A program made the position numbers and the translations under genes. Under the pieces are notes generated by a model that made no database searches, was not told the DNA's origin, and worked only from the letters and a program-made list of their open reading frames with translations. A stretch of 64,000 nt of DNA, taken from the NCBI GenBank assembly GCA_965228855.1, contig CBDDIJ010000003.1, positions 3,424,001-3,488,000 on the forward strand, in the 5' to 3' direction. Below, in pieces: positions 1 to 9,443 of this stretch (position 1 is the first letter of the stretch; every line of letters starts with the position of its first letter). The DNA is from Candidatus Obscuribacterales bacterium. Lineage in GTDB: Bacteria > Cyanobacteriota > Vampirovibrionia > Obscuribacterales > Obscuribacteraceae.

Positions 1-1760
1 GCCAGTTCAACCTGACGGCATTGGGAACAGTCACCATCGCAACGAATATAAAATCAGCGACGAGCATTCTGGTCGACACCACTAGTGGTGCAGGCGATAT
101 TCTTCTAACAAAGCGACTCGGTGGGTCAAACTTACAGCAGCTCGATCTAAGATCCGGCGCCGGCGACATCACGGGAGGAACAGCAACAGCCCTCAATGCG
201 TTCATATCAACCACCGCTGGCGATGTTGGAACAGTCGGCAATCCGCTCGATCTCGAAGTGAGATACCTCACGGTTAACTCCGGCGGTTCCGCGCACATTT
301 CAAATGCGAGCAAAAATTCACAGCTCGGCATCAGCAGCTCGTCAGGTGATTTCGTTTACGAAAACAAAGGCAGCGTTGCCTTGGATGACGTGTCAACCAC
401 AGATGGCGCGATTCAAATTACCGCAAAGGGTCAGCTCGATGTTCTCGGTGATCTGTTGGCGAATTCAAATGGAGCCGCGGGTACTGCTACAATCACGCTC
501 CAGTCGATTCCGAACAAGCAACGCGGTGTTCGTATTGACGATGGCAGCATGGTTGAAACATCCGGCGTGGGCGGTGGCGACGTCAAAATTTTTGTCGGTA
601 AAAAGGAGCCGGCATGGACAACATCCCTGCCGGATGGTGCCAACGGTAATTTGGTCGTCACCACATCCGGTGGCGGTCAGGTATTCGTGAATGCAGATAC
701 GGTTGAAGCCGCTGGTCCGGTATTTTTGAATGCCATCGGCAAAAATGTGTACATCTCAGGTGCTAGCGCACGAAACAAAGTCACGATAGGTGTCGGAGCC
801 GTCATTACAGCGGACCCGCCTGTCACGGAAACGACCTCTTTAGATGTACTGAGGTCATTGGAACCTGCGAAAGTTTCATCGACATCAGCTTCTATTGAAA
901 ACGAGCCGAGATTCACAGCATCGACGACACTGCCGCTTGAAACAGCGACATCTCAGGCTCTGGGTGTCGGGCTGAGCCCGAATTACTTGAACACTTCGCT
1001 TCTGAATCAAAGCACGAACGGTTCGGTTGCTATCGCATTGAACGGGGACGGTATGGAACTCGCGCGTTCGAATTCGCAAGGAGCGACCAGTTCGGTTCTA
1101 ACCACCGACTCGTTTAGAAACTCCGTTCTGGAGACCCCTTCTGTGTCAGCGGCACCGGAAGAGACTCAGTTCCTCGGTAGTACTGGTGACCGTTACAAGA
1201 ATGTCGACGCTGTTCTTCACTACGATGCGACGACCAAACACGTTATGGTTGAAAACAGCAACAAACTATTTGCGCCCGTAGTTGATACCACAGTAAACAC
1301 GCCAAACGGAACCGTTTCAATCGCGAAGAATTCACTGGTACTAGTAATGGTGCAACCAAATTCAGTGTCAGTCTTCGATCTGCATGATGAACACAAAGGA
1401 GCCGTGCGGATCTCCGAGGGAACGCATTCATTCACTTTACACCCTGGGCAACAAGCTACCATAACCAAATCTTCGGCAACGGAATTCCATGCAATAAATC
1501 CATCTGAACATTTCGGCTACCGGCACATGAGTCGAAGGGCGTTCGGAGATGCTTCATTCTTGTTCTCATCTGACGTTTCAATCCCGAGCATGATCTCAGC
1601 GACTAAACCGTTGAAGAGCCTGCTTAAATCAAACCACAACGTAGAACGAAGGATCGCAAATCAAATGGTAAAAACGGCAGCTGTTCTTACCGCCATAGAT
1701 AAGTCGACTACGCCTTATGACACCATGCCGCATCCGCGATTAATGGTCTGCAACAAGTAG
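1..1760 (+). CDS. Large Gly/Ser/Thr-rich filamentous-haemagglutinin-like secreted protein, C-terminal part (5' partial), ending in a beta-rich FecR-like domain
   Basis: Frame is open from position 3 (QFNLTALGTVT...). Beta-helix-like G/S/T/N-rich repeats up to ITADPP, then a Ser/Thr linker and a ~170 aa globular C-terminal domain. Confidence 0.65.
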   Translation, partial: QFNLTALGTVTIATNIKSATSILVDTTSGAGDILLTKRLGGSNLQQLDLRSGAGDITGGTATALNAFISTTAGDVGTVGNPLDLEVRYLTVNSGGSAHISNASKNSQLGISSSSGDFVYENKGSVALDDVSTTDGAIQITAKGQLDVLGDLLANSNGAAGTATITLQSIPNKQRGVRIDDGSMVETSGVGGGDVKIFVGKKEPAWTTSLPDGANGNLVVTTSGGGQVFVNADTVEAAGPVFLNAIGKNVYISGASARNKVTIGVGAVITADPPVTETTSLDVLRSLEPAKVSSTSASIENEPRFTASTTLPLETATSQALGVGLSPNYLNTSLLNQSTNGSVAIALNGDGMELARSNSQGATSSVLTTDSFRNSVLETPSVSAAPEETQFLGSTGDRYKNVDAVLHYDATTKHVMVENSNKLFAPVVDTTVNTPNGTVSIAKNSLVLVMVQPNSVSVFDLHDEHKGAVRISEGTHSFTLHPGQQATITKSSATEFHAINPSEHFGYRHMSRRAFGDASFLFSSDVSIPSMISATKPLKSLLKSNHNVERRIANQMVKTAAVLTAIDKSTTPYDTMPHPRLMVCNK

Positions 1761-1822
1761 CAAAACTATTTGCGAGAACTTAAAGACAGCAAAAATCGAA
1801 CGTTGCTGTTCCAACCACTCGG

Positions 1823-3484
1823 TTATTGTGGAACTGTACTTGTGACTCCAGCGATGCTTTCAGCTCGCGATTTGAACTGAATCCTTTGATCGTTCTGTCC
1901 CATGTAATACATGAGGTCAGCGTTTCTCTGTAGATATGGCATCAGCGAAATCGAGTTCGGTCCATAGTACTCTTCAGCGAGTCGAAGCGCTTCTTTCAGC
2001 ACGGGCTGAGCCTCATCGTACTTCTTCTCCATTACCAGAACATTGCCGAGAGCGAATGAAAGTCTGGCCTCACTGCCGTTTCTAGAGGGTTCTTTCTTCC
2101 AGAAATCGAGAGCTTTTCTATAGAGGGCCTCGGCTTCTTCATACTTTTTCTCTTTGATCAAACACTTCGCAAGTTTATCCATTCGCGGAAAAATCTTGCC
2201 GTAATCATCAGGCAAAACGCGCTCGGTGTGCTCAAGCGCATAGCGATACATGTTCTCAGCCTCGCTATCCTCATTCTTGTCCAAACAGATCGTACCGATG
2301 CTATCGAAGCTGTTTGCCAGCGACAAATGTTCTTTGCCGAGCACAGTTTCCTTGATATCTAGCGCTGCCTTGTATAAGCGATCGGCCATCTCGTAGTCTT
2401 TCTTTGCGCTAAACTGATTGCCGAGGGCGTCACAAGTAATTGCCCACTCAATGATAGGATCTCGCATGGACGGAGCGGCTTGTCCAGCCCATCCAGTGAG
2501 CGGCTGACCCTTCTTCAAAGTAACCGGGCCTTGAGCGCGGTTTCGACTTTCATCAATCCGGCCTTCCACAAAGTTCAGAAGCTGATCCGCTAAAGGCGCG
2601 GCTTTTGATGCAGTTCCATTTTCCAAGTAAAAACTGATCAAGTGACCAAGCGAAGGAATTATTTTTCCACTCTCGTCATCAATCGCACCTTCCTTGACAC
2701 GGAGCGCCTCTTCCAGCAACGGCTCAGCTTCTCCGAAGCGACCGCGAATGGTGTAGAGGCGAGCAAGCTCGTCGAGACTTCTGGCATATCGAAGGTCCTT
2801 GTCGCCAAAGACAACACCTTTTGTAATCGCTTGCTTCAAAGTACGCTCAGCGACTCCATATCGACCACTATCAATAGCTTCGGAGCCCGCTTTGTGCAGC
2901 GCAGCCCAACCATTATCGGGAAGCGCTTTGGCAGCATCCGCAGATTTAGCTATGCCCGTGGCAGCAGGTTTTACAGTTAACGCTTCAGGCTTTGATATTA
3001 CAGCCGCAGGTGTCGCAACGGTGCTGGCAGTAGTAGATCCCAACCTTGCAGGAGAGGAAACCGGTGTCCGGCTTGGAGCAACTGGAATTTGACCGGATGA
3101 TGAACGTTGGACCAAAGGCTGATTCTGCAGCGCTGGAACCGTACCCGGTCCCGGAGCCTGAGTTTGCATACCGACTGCACCGATGGGAGCAACCGGCTGG
3201 CGGCGAACCTCGGGCGCGGTTTGAACTACTTGCTGCCTCACGGTCGACGGCAGGCTTTGTTGTTGAGCTTGAGTCGCAGGTACCGGAATAATCAACTCAT
3301 CCGGCACGTCGAGCGGCAGTGTCTGCGGGATTGCAGGAGGAGCAGACTGATTGCTTGCTCCGGGCATCGGCACGTCCGCTTTCGCGGCGCCGGACAATCC
3401 TAGAAACAGGGTCAGGGCAAGAGGGATTAGGTTTCTGCCTGCAGGTACGAGAGGGTATATAAAAGACGTATATTGTGCTTTCAT
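1823..3484 (-). CDS. Secreted tetratricopeptide repeat protein (kinesin-light-chain-type TPR) with Pro/Gln-rich N-terminus
   Basis: Signal-peptide-like N-terminus. Repeats such as SLDELARLYTIRGRFGEAEPLLEEALRVKE and YEEAEALYRKAL. Confidence 0.8.
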   Translation of the reverse strand: MKAQYTSFIYPLVPAGRNLIPLALTLFLGLSGAAKADVPMPGASNQSAPPAIPQTLPLDVPDELIIPVPATQAQQQSLPSTVRQQVVQTAPEVRRQPVAPIGAVGMQTQAPGPGTVPALQNQPLVQRSSSGQIPVAPSRTPVSSPARLGSTTASTVATPAAVISKPEALTVKPAATGIAKSADAAKALPDNGWAALHKAGSEAIDSGRYGVAERTLKQAITKGVVFGDKDLRYARSLDELARLYTIRGRFGEAEPLLEEALRVKEGAIDDESGKIIPSLGHLISFYLENGTASKAAPLADQLLNFVEGRIDESRNRAQGPVTLKKGQPLTGWAGQAAPSMRDPIIEWAITCDALGNQFSAKKDYEMADRLYKAALDIKETVLGKEHLSLANSFDSIGTICLDKNEDSEAENMYRYALEHTERVLPDDYGKIFPRMDKLAKCLIKEKKYEEAEALYRKALDFWKKEPSRNGSEARLSFALGNVLVMEKKYDEAQPVLKEALRLAEEYYGPNSISLMPYLQRNADLMYYMGQNDQRIQFKSRAESIAGVTSTVPQ

Positions 3485-3621
3485 GAGATCGCTCGGCTGG
3501 TTTCAAAGGTTATTCTAATCAAAAGATCAGAAAAGTGCCTTAGCGTTATAACAGAAACCGACGTTCCGAAAGCTTTCAGTTACTCGTGATCACAAGCTGC
3601 TGAACAATGCCGAACATCTTC

Positions 3622-4239
3622 TCACAGCCGTCTAAACGAGCCATTCGCTATAGCGTTGAAGAACGCTTGCTCGTGGCTCCGGATCTCCGCGTAAGTGCCC
3701 TCGAGCCACATGTAACCACAGCCATTATGTGTCGGTGCCGTAGCCATCACCATGAGCGCCTCCCGTTTGCTCGGGGCGCCATTCGAGCCGATGAATTTCA
3801 ACTTGGCAACAAGCCTGGTAGTGCCGCCGATGGTGCGCATCTCCCATTTGCACTTATCCATATCCATGACGCTGCCTTCACGACAAAGCGCGCCACCATA
3901 TACGAAGCACTGACAAAGTGCACCATATACGAGACCATCATCGGGCCCACCCTCTTCGCCGTGAATATTTAGCAGTCTCGAAGGTTCAGCCTCGGAAAAG
4001 GTCTCCGAAAAGATGCGTTCCATCTCCTCTATATCGTCGTCCATCAGGGCTTCTGATGCCTGCTCGTAACAGATACGCACGTTGGAATTTGGCAGTTTGA
4101 ACTCGAGATAGTTAAATTCTTGCTGCTGCGGCGTCGCTTTCACCGGAGCAAAGCCGGCTGGAATAGTCATGCTTTCGATGCCACCATGATTGGTGATGGT
4201 CGATTCGCTCACTGCGGTGCCTCCCGATTTTTCGAACAT
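3622..4239 (-). CDS. Hypothetical acidic protein; possible partner or immunity protein of the upstream protease-domain protein
   Basis: 205 aa ORF with AGGAGA RBS, 107 bp downstream of and co-oriented with 4347-7913. Confidence 0.6.
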   Translation of the reverse strand: MFEKSGGTAVSESTITNHGGIESMTIPAGFAPVKATPQQQEFNYLEFKLPNSNVRICYEQASEALMDDDIEEMERIFSETFSEAEPSRLLNIHGEEGGPDDGLVYGALCQCFVYGGALCREGSVMDMDKCKWEMRTIGGTTRLVAKLKFIGSNGAPSKREALMVMATAPTHNGCGYMWLEGTYAEIRSHEQAFFNAIANGSFRRL

Positions 4240-4346
4240 GGATTCATCTCCTAATTATGATGTTAAAACCGGTTTCTTTCAAAGTCTTTGCGCACATTTA
4301 TACGAAAGACATTTCCAGGACGTTTTCGGAGCCGGACCGTGACCAT

Positions 4347-7300
4347 CTAACTGATCTTAAGAATTCCGTTTAAATACTTGCGTCTTCTTGCAGTATCGCT
4401 GTCGATTGCTTCAGTCATCTCCTCCTGAGCATCGCGGAAAGCCTGCAGTTTTTCTTGTTCCTCTTGTTCGAGTTGACGCTTGGCGCGCATATTGCGTATG
4501 AGCTGGTCGTCATTGCCGGAGCAGCTAAACTCGCAGCAGCCACCATCACATCCACCGCCGAAGCCGCGGAACAAACGAGGGAATAATCGAGGGAAGAAAC
4601 GTCCCGGTCGCCAGCGGCCGCCGCCGCCTCCCCAGCCACCGCCATCATATCCACCCGGGCTCGGGCCGATCGGTTGATCTTTGCACTCCGGCAGATCGAT
4701 GTCCGGGTTGTAGCGCATTCTGGTGCGTTGCACGTTCCAACTAGCCAGGTCAGTCACGGTACCATTGACGCGGCGTCCATTGTCACCGTGCTGCATACTG
4801 GCAACAAGCTTCCATTCGTTGCCATGTTTTTCGAGGGCACCAAGATACATGTGACCAGGCATCAAGCAGACGTAGCCGCCCTTCGTCAGAAGTTCTTGCT
4901 TCATGCTCGCACTAGTCATAGCGGATTCGCCCGTGACTTTCCAGGTATCGCCGGTGATTTTCTTCATTGCATGGTTCATAGCAGGTGCTGTGCCACCACT
5001 CGCGCCGCGATCGGTTCTACGACCATCAGCGGAAAGGTATGCCGCAACGCTGGTGAGAATTTCGGAGACGGGACTGCGTTGTGTATTGCCGCAGTTTTCA
5101 ATCGTCCAGTTGCCGCCTTGATTGGTGAACTTCAGCAAGTGTTGCGGTGGAGTCCACTGCTTGCCTTCCAGGTCTGTGTACTTGCCGGTGAGCGACAGTT
5201 CTGACAACATAGAAGCCATTTTGTCCGGATACTGAATGATACCGCAGTAGACACCACTGATCATCCAGCAGCATCCCCAGTTGCCCTGGTCATTTGCTTT
5301 CACCGGAGCAGCCATTGCGAACGCCATGTTCTCTACCAACTTGGCGCGCGTCTTCAAATCGTACTGAGCGTTCGGTGCGTTTGCATCGAGCATCTTCGCC
5401 ATGTGGTCGTATGCTTTCGAGATCTTCTGATCCCATTCTTCCATCGATTTATTCTGGTCCAGACCGCCTGCAACTTGCGCTTCAACACGCTCTTTGCCAC
5501 GTTTCTCAAAACGATCGAGAATAATCTGGAAACGTTTCTTCTGCGCCTCATCCAGATGTGACTCCATGAGTTCGGTCAGCCGCTCGCGCGCTTCTTCGAC
5601 GCTATCGGAAAATCCGCCTTCTGCGCCGCGATCACCGACTTTAGCAATCTTGTCTTTGCCCTGGCTGTCGATGTAGTTGTAGGTTCCGTTGTCGTTCAAC
5701 CTGACGTTATGACGAGCTGTAACTTTTCCATCAGGACTGACTTTCGCCCAAGAATTACTCCACTGACCGTTCTCAGGTACACGCCGGTATTCGTCAACGA
5801 CCTTCTGTCCGTTCTCCGTCGGCTTCGAGTCGACGTATCCGATTGCCTCACCGCTAGCATCCCGAGAGAACGTGCGCATGTGCCCCTTAGGACTTACGAC
5901 TCTAGCGAGATAGTCCTTACCGTTTATCGTTTCATACGACTGCCAGGAGCCATCCGCGGTGCTGGATATTTTCTGACCGTCGGTATCGGTATAGAACACT
6001 GCACCATCTGCGGTAGCACGCATATCCTTGCCGGCAATGAGTCGGGTTTCGCCCGTTTTTCTGGTTTCATTGACAGAAACGAGCTTGTTGCCGTCCCAGT
6101 TGAATGTTCTAGTGACACCACCGTCTTTAGAGGTAGTTCTAACAACCTGTCCGGCGGAGTTTACTTCTGACATCGAACCATCGGCGTTCTTCACGACACA
6201 CGAACCGTCGAGATTGATCGAATGGACGGCACCATTTCCATCGGTGATTTGCGTCATGCCGTTGACCAGGGTTTCGATTTTTTGAATCGGTTTATGTCCA
6301 GCTTTATCAGGCATGTACATATTGGACATTGTGTCGAGCGAATATTTCACTTGCTCGCCGTTCGCCAGCGTTTCAGTAATCTGGGTAGCTTGACCGCCAA
6401 GCTGTCTCTGAATATCGAGCTTGGTGCCATTTTGACGCTCCAGCGCAAGCAAGTTGCGATTCATATCAAAGATAGCGCGAGAACCTTGTCCGTTGTCCTG
6501 GAGCATGTATTGCGAACCGTCCAGTTTGAAAACGGTCCACAGCCCATCCGTGTTTCGTCCGTGAACGGCGCCTTCCTTATATGCGTAGGTACCATCCTTG
6601 CCAACAGCGATTTCGCCGGTCCAGTGGTCCTGAGATATTACATTCCCATTAGCATCGGTAACCGAATATTTCCATTGATTGGTGTTGCCCTCGCGCTCGT
6701 ATGTGTGAACGCGTCCATTTTCAGCGCTACCAATCTGGGCACGCGTCACCTGTCCGGTCTCAGGACTGTACTGAATTCCATGTACTCTTAAACCGTTTAC
6801 GTCCTTCAGCTCGGTAAACCGGCCTTCTTTATCGAATTGGAAAGAAGAGCCATTAGGATTTTGATTAAGCTCCAAGCCACCACCGGTGATGGTGTGCTTG
6901 ATGTTGTCGGCGGTAGTCCACGTGATATTTCCATTGTCGGCAACTTCGATACTGGAGCGTTCTTGCGCAGGATTTTGATTGGAAACCCACTTGTCTCCGG
7001 TCTTGACCCAGGATACAGACTTTCCATCAGCGCTCAATTCATTGACTTGAGTGAGTTCGCCTTTTTCTCTCACGCACTCGACGCGAGACTGATCCGGTCG
7101 AGTGACTTGTTGTACAGAATTATCGTCGTTGAACGAAACACGCGCGCCCGATTGAATAGTACGTTCGATTTGAATGCTGCCGTCAGCTTTCTCTGCGCGC
7201 CACTTTCCTTCGTTGTCTAATTGAAAAGATAAAACTCCGTCCTTAGTGAATTGGATGTCACCAGGAAGTTCAGCACGTAGACCACCGATCTCCGCGAACC

Positions 7301-7913
7301 ATTTTTTGCTTTCCGGATCTCTGGAAAAAACCGTCTTCGTCGGCAGCCCATCAACTCCCTTCTCGATGGTCTCGATGCGGTTGAGCTGACCATTTTCGTG
7401 CTTGAAGTTTCTGACTTTACCATCAGGATATTTGATCGTTTCAATGTCACCGGTTTCAGGATTCTTATTGATCGACCAGTTGTTCGCTTCAGTGCCGGAA
7501 TCAGTCGTTACGATGCGGCCCTTGCCGTCGGTAATTTGAAGGGGAGAAGTCCTTTCAGAGTCATGTATACCGAAGCCGGGTGTGAGCTTGTCGGCAGTAT
7601 TATTGCGGTAATCGAGAGTAAAGAAGATCGGCTCTTCACCGATATCGTTTATATTGATCGGAGCGGTGTCACTGGGAGTAGTGGCATCGCCTCGAGCTTC
7701 GGGTTTGGGATAAGTTTGCTGTGCATTTGCATCGCCGGCGGTCTGCCCTTCTAAAGACAGTGACTGAAGCGGTACTGACGCAGCTGTGCTCAGATCGCTT
7801 TTGGTATCAACCTGAGTCGCTGGCGTAGATTCAAACGCGTACCGTGAAGAATCCGATTTACGACCGGAATCGCTGGGCGTTGGCGTGGTGTTTTCTAAGG
7901 TAGGAGACCCCAT
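4347..7913 (-). CDS. Large YD/RHS-like repeat protein with C-terminal papain-like cysteine peptidase domain
   Basis: Repeats like YPDGKVRNFKHENGQL and SKDGGVTRTFNWDGNKL. C-terminal DQGNWGCCW and PGHMYL motifs. ATG at 7913 preferred over the ORF-track start at 7988. Confidence 0.6.
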   Translation of the reverse strand: MGSPTLENTTPTPSDSGRKSDSSRYAFESTPATQVDTKSDLSTAASVPLQSLSLEGQTAGDANAQQTYPKPEARGDATTPSDTAPININDIGEEPIFFTLDYRNNTADKLTPGFGIHDSERTSPLQITDGKGRIVTTDSGTEANNWSINKNPETGDIETIKYPDGKVRNFKHENGQLNRIETIEKGVDGLPTKTVFSRDPESKKWFAEIGGLRAELPGDIQFTKDGVLSFQLDNEGKWRAEKADGSIQIERTIQSGARVSFNDDNSVQQVTRPDQSRVECVREKGELTQVNELSADGKSVSWVKTGDKWVSNQNPAQERSSIEVADNGNITWTTADNIKHTITGGGLELNQNPNGSSFQFDKEGRFTELKDVNGLRVHGIQYSPETGQVTRAQIGSAENGRVHTYEREGNTNQWKYSVTDANGNVISQDHWTGEIAVGKDGTYAYKEGAVHGRNTDGLWTVFKLDGSQYMLQDNGQGSRAIFDMNRNLLALERQNGTKLDIQRQLGGQATQITETLANGEQVKYSLDTMSNMYMPDKAGHKPIQKIETLVNGMTQITDGNGAVHSINLDGSCVVKNADGSMSEVNSAGQVVRTTSKDGGVTRTFNWDGNKLVSVNETRKTGETRLIAGKDMRATADGAVFYTDTDGQKISSTADGSWQSYETINGKDYLARVVSPKGHMRTFSRDASGEAIGYVDSKPTENGQKVVDEYRRVPENGQWSNSWAKVSPDGKVTARHNVRLNDNGTYNYIDSQGKDKIAKVGDRGAEGGFSDSVEEARERLTELMESHLDEAQKKRFQIILDRFEKRGKERVEAQVAGGLDQNKSMEEWDQKISKAYDHMAKMLDANAPNAQYDLKTRAKLVENMAFAMAAPVKANDQGNWGCCWMISGVYCGIIQYPDKMASMLSELSLTGKYTDLEGKQWTPPQHLLKFTNQGGNWTIENCGNTQRSPVSEILTSVAAYLSADGRRTDRGASGGTAPAMNHAMKKITGDTWKVTGESAMTSASMKQELLTKGGYVCLMPGHMYLGALEKHGNEWKLVASMQHGDNGRRVNGTVTDLASWNVQRTRMRYNPDIDLPECKDQPIGPSPGGYDGGGWGGGGGRWRPGRFFPRLFPRLFRGFGGGCDGGCCEFSCSGNDDQLIRNMRAKRQLEQEEQEKLQAFRDAQEEMTEAIDSDTARRRKYLNGILKIS

Positions 7914-8242
7914 GAGCACATATCCATCTAGTTGAGGGTGAAGAAAGAAGAAACTGGTCAGCACGAACCCGAGCGGTCGCGGGACCACTAGCCACCCGGC
8001 GTTCCGGGCGAAATAGTAAGCGGGGTTTGATGCATTTCAGGTTACAGACCGTTTGTGATTTTTTAGTGCTAAAAAGCCTTTGATATTGAGGTTTTTGCGG
8101 TTTCTCCCACCCTCTTCATGGGTGAATTACGAAACAAAAATCACGAACGAAAGCCTAATGCAACACAGATCTCCACAGTTTTTGCAAACCGCATTACCAA
8201 TATCAAAAGTTTCCAAGCCTCGACCCCAATGATGAATGCGAC

Positions 8243-9400
8243 TTGATACAAAGGAGTGTCGACTTTACAACAAAAAAGCGGTTCCCCTTGCCCTGGACGG
8301 ACAGTTTCCGTTTTTATCGATGCTTTATACTGTCTCCAGTGAAACATCAAACGTTGAAGGGTCTACTCTCCATTTTGCTCTCTGCCGCGACACTTTCGTT
8401 AACGGCAGAGGTTGCCTCATCCGCTATCAAAGAAAAGCATCCTGGAATGGTGCTCATCCGCGGTGGCACTTTCACCATGGGCGGTATCGGGAAAGATGCG
8501 AGAGCCGATGAGTTTCCGAAGCACAAAGTTTTGGTCAACAGTTTCTGGATCGACGAAACGGAAGTGACCAATGCACAATTCAAAAAGTTCGTCGATGAAA
8601 CAAGCTACGTGACCACCGCTGAGCGAAAAATCTCCTGGGAGCAAATCAAAAAGGATCTGCCACCCAATACGCCGCGTCCCAAAGACGAGGATTTAGAGCC
8701 AGGATCACTGGTGTTCAAAAAACCGGAAAAGCCCATTGCCGACGCCAGAAATTATTCGCAGTGGTGGAGCTGGACAAAAGGCGCTGATTGGAAACATCCT
8801 TACGGACCCGATAGTTCTATAAAAGGAATCAGTGACCATCCTGTCGTGCAAGTTTCCTTCGAGGACGCCAGCAAGTACGCAGAGTGGGCAGGGAAGCGGC
8901 TGCCGACGGAAGCTGAATGGGAGTACGCTGCGCGTGGCGGTGAGGAAGAAAAGGAATTCGTGTGGGGCGACTCTCCAATCGACAAGCATAGATGCAACGT
9001 TTGGCAGGGCCGCTTTCCGACTGTCAATACAAAGGATGACGGATACGAAGCGACGAATCCTGTAAGAGCCTTCAAGCCCAATGGATATAAACTGTTCGGA
9101 ATGGCAGGCAATGTTTGGGAATGGTGCGCAGATCGCTACCATCCGTCGTATTACGAAGACGTGCTAAAGGCAAACGAAGACGGCGCACCTGCCAACAATC
9201 CAACCGGCCCGGTCAACGGTTTTGATCCTCGCCATCCTAATGCGCAAGATGTGCGCGTGCAGCGCGGTGGATCATTCTTGTGCAACGCCAGTTACTGCAG
9301 CAGCTACAGACCCAGCGCACGCATGAGCTCCACACCAGACTCTTCATCCTGTCACGTGGGATTTCGCTGCGTCAAAGACGTGACCTCCCCACATCCGTAG
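8243..9400 (+). CDS. Formylglycine-generating enzyme (SUMF1/FGE-sulfatase family)
   Basis: F-x-MG, EVTNAQF, RLPTEAEWEYAARGG, GNVWEW and RGGSFLCNASYCSSYRPSAR with both catalytic Cys, ending in GFRC. True start probably later (GTG ~8339) with a signal peptide. Confidence 0.9.
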   Translation: MIQRSVDFTTKKRFPLPWTDSFRFYRCFILSPVKHQTLKGLLSILLSAATLSLTAEVASSAIKEKHPGMVLIRGGTFTMGGIGKDARADEFPKHKVLVNSFWIDETEVTNAQFKKFVDETSYVTTAERKISWEQIKKDLPPNTPRPKDEDLEPGSLVFKKPEKPIADARNYSQWWSWTKGADWKHPYGPDSSIKGISDHPVVQVSFEDASKYAEWAGKRLPTEAEWEYAARGGEEEKEFVWGDSPIDKHRCNVWQGRFPTVNTKDDGYEATNPVRAFKPNGYKLFGMAGNVWEWCADRYHPSYYEDVLKANEDGAPANNPTGPVNGFDPRHPNAQDVRVQRGGSFLCNASYCSSYRPSARMSSTPDSSSCHVGFRCVKDVTSPHP

Positions 9401-9443
9401 ATGACCCATCGATGGATGAGCTTTCCACTTTGTTTGGTTGAGT

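Noticed and set aside
8243..9400. FGE (C-type lectin fold) as a diversity-generating retroelement target of the RT
   Set aside because: No template repeat matching its 3' end was seen, catalytic Cys are intact, and the RT is intron-type and ~38 kb away.
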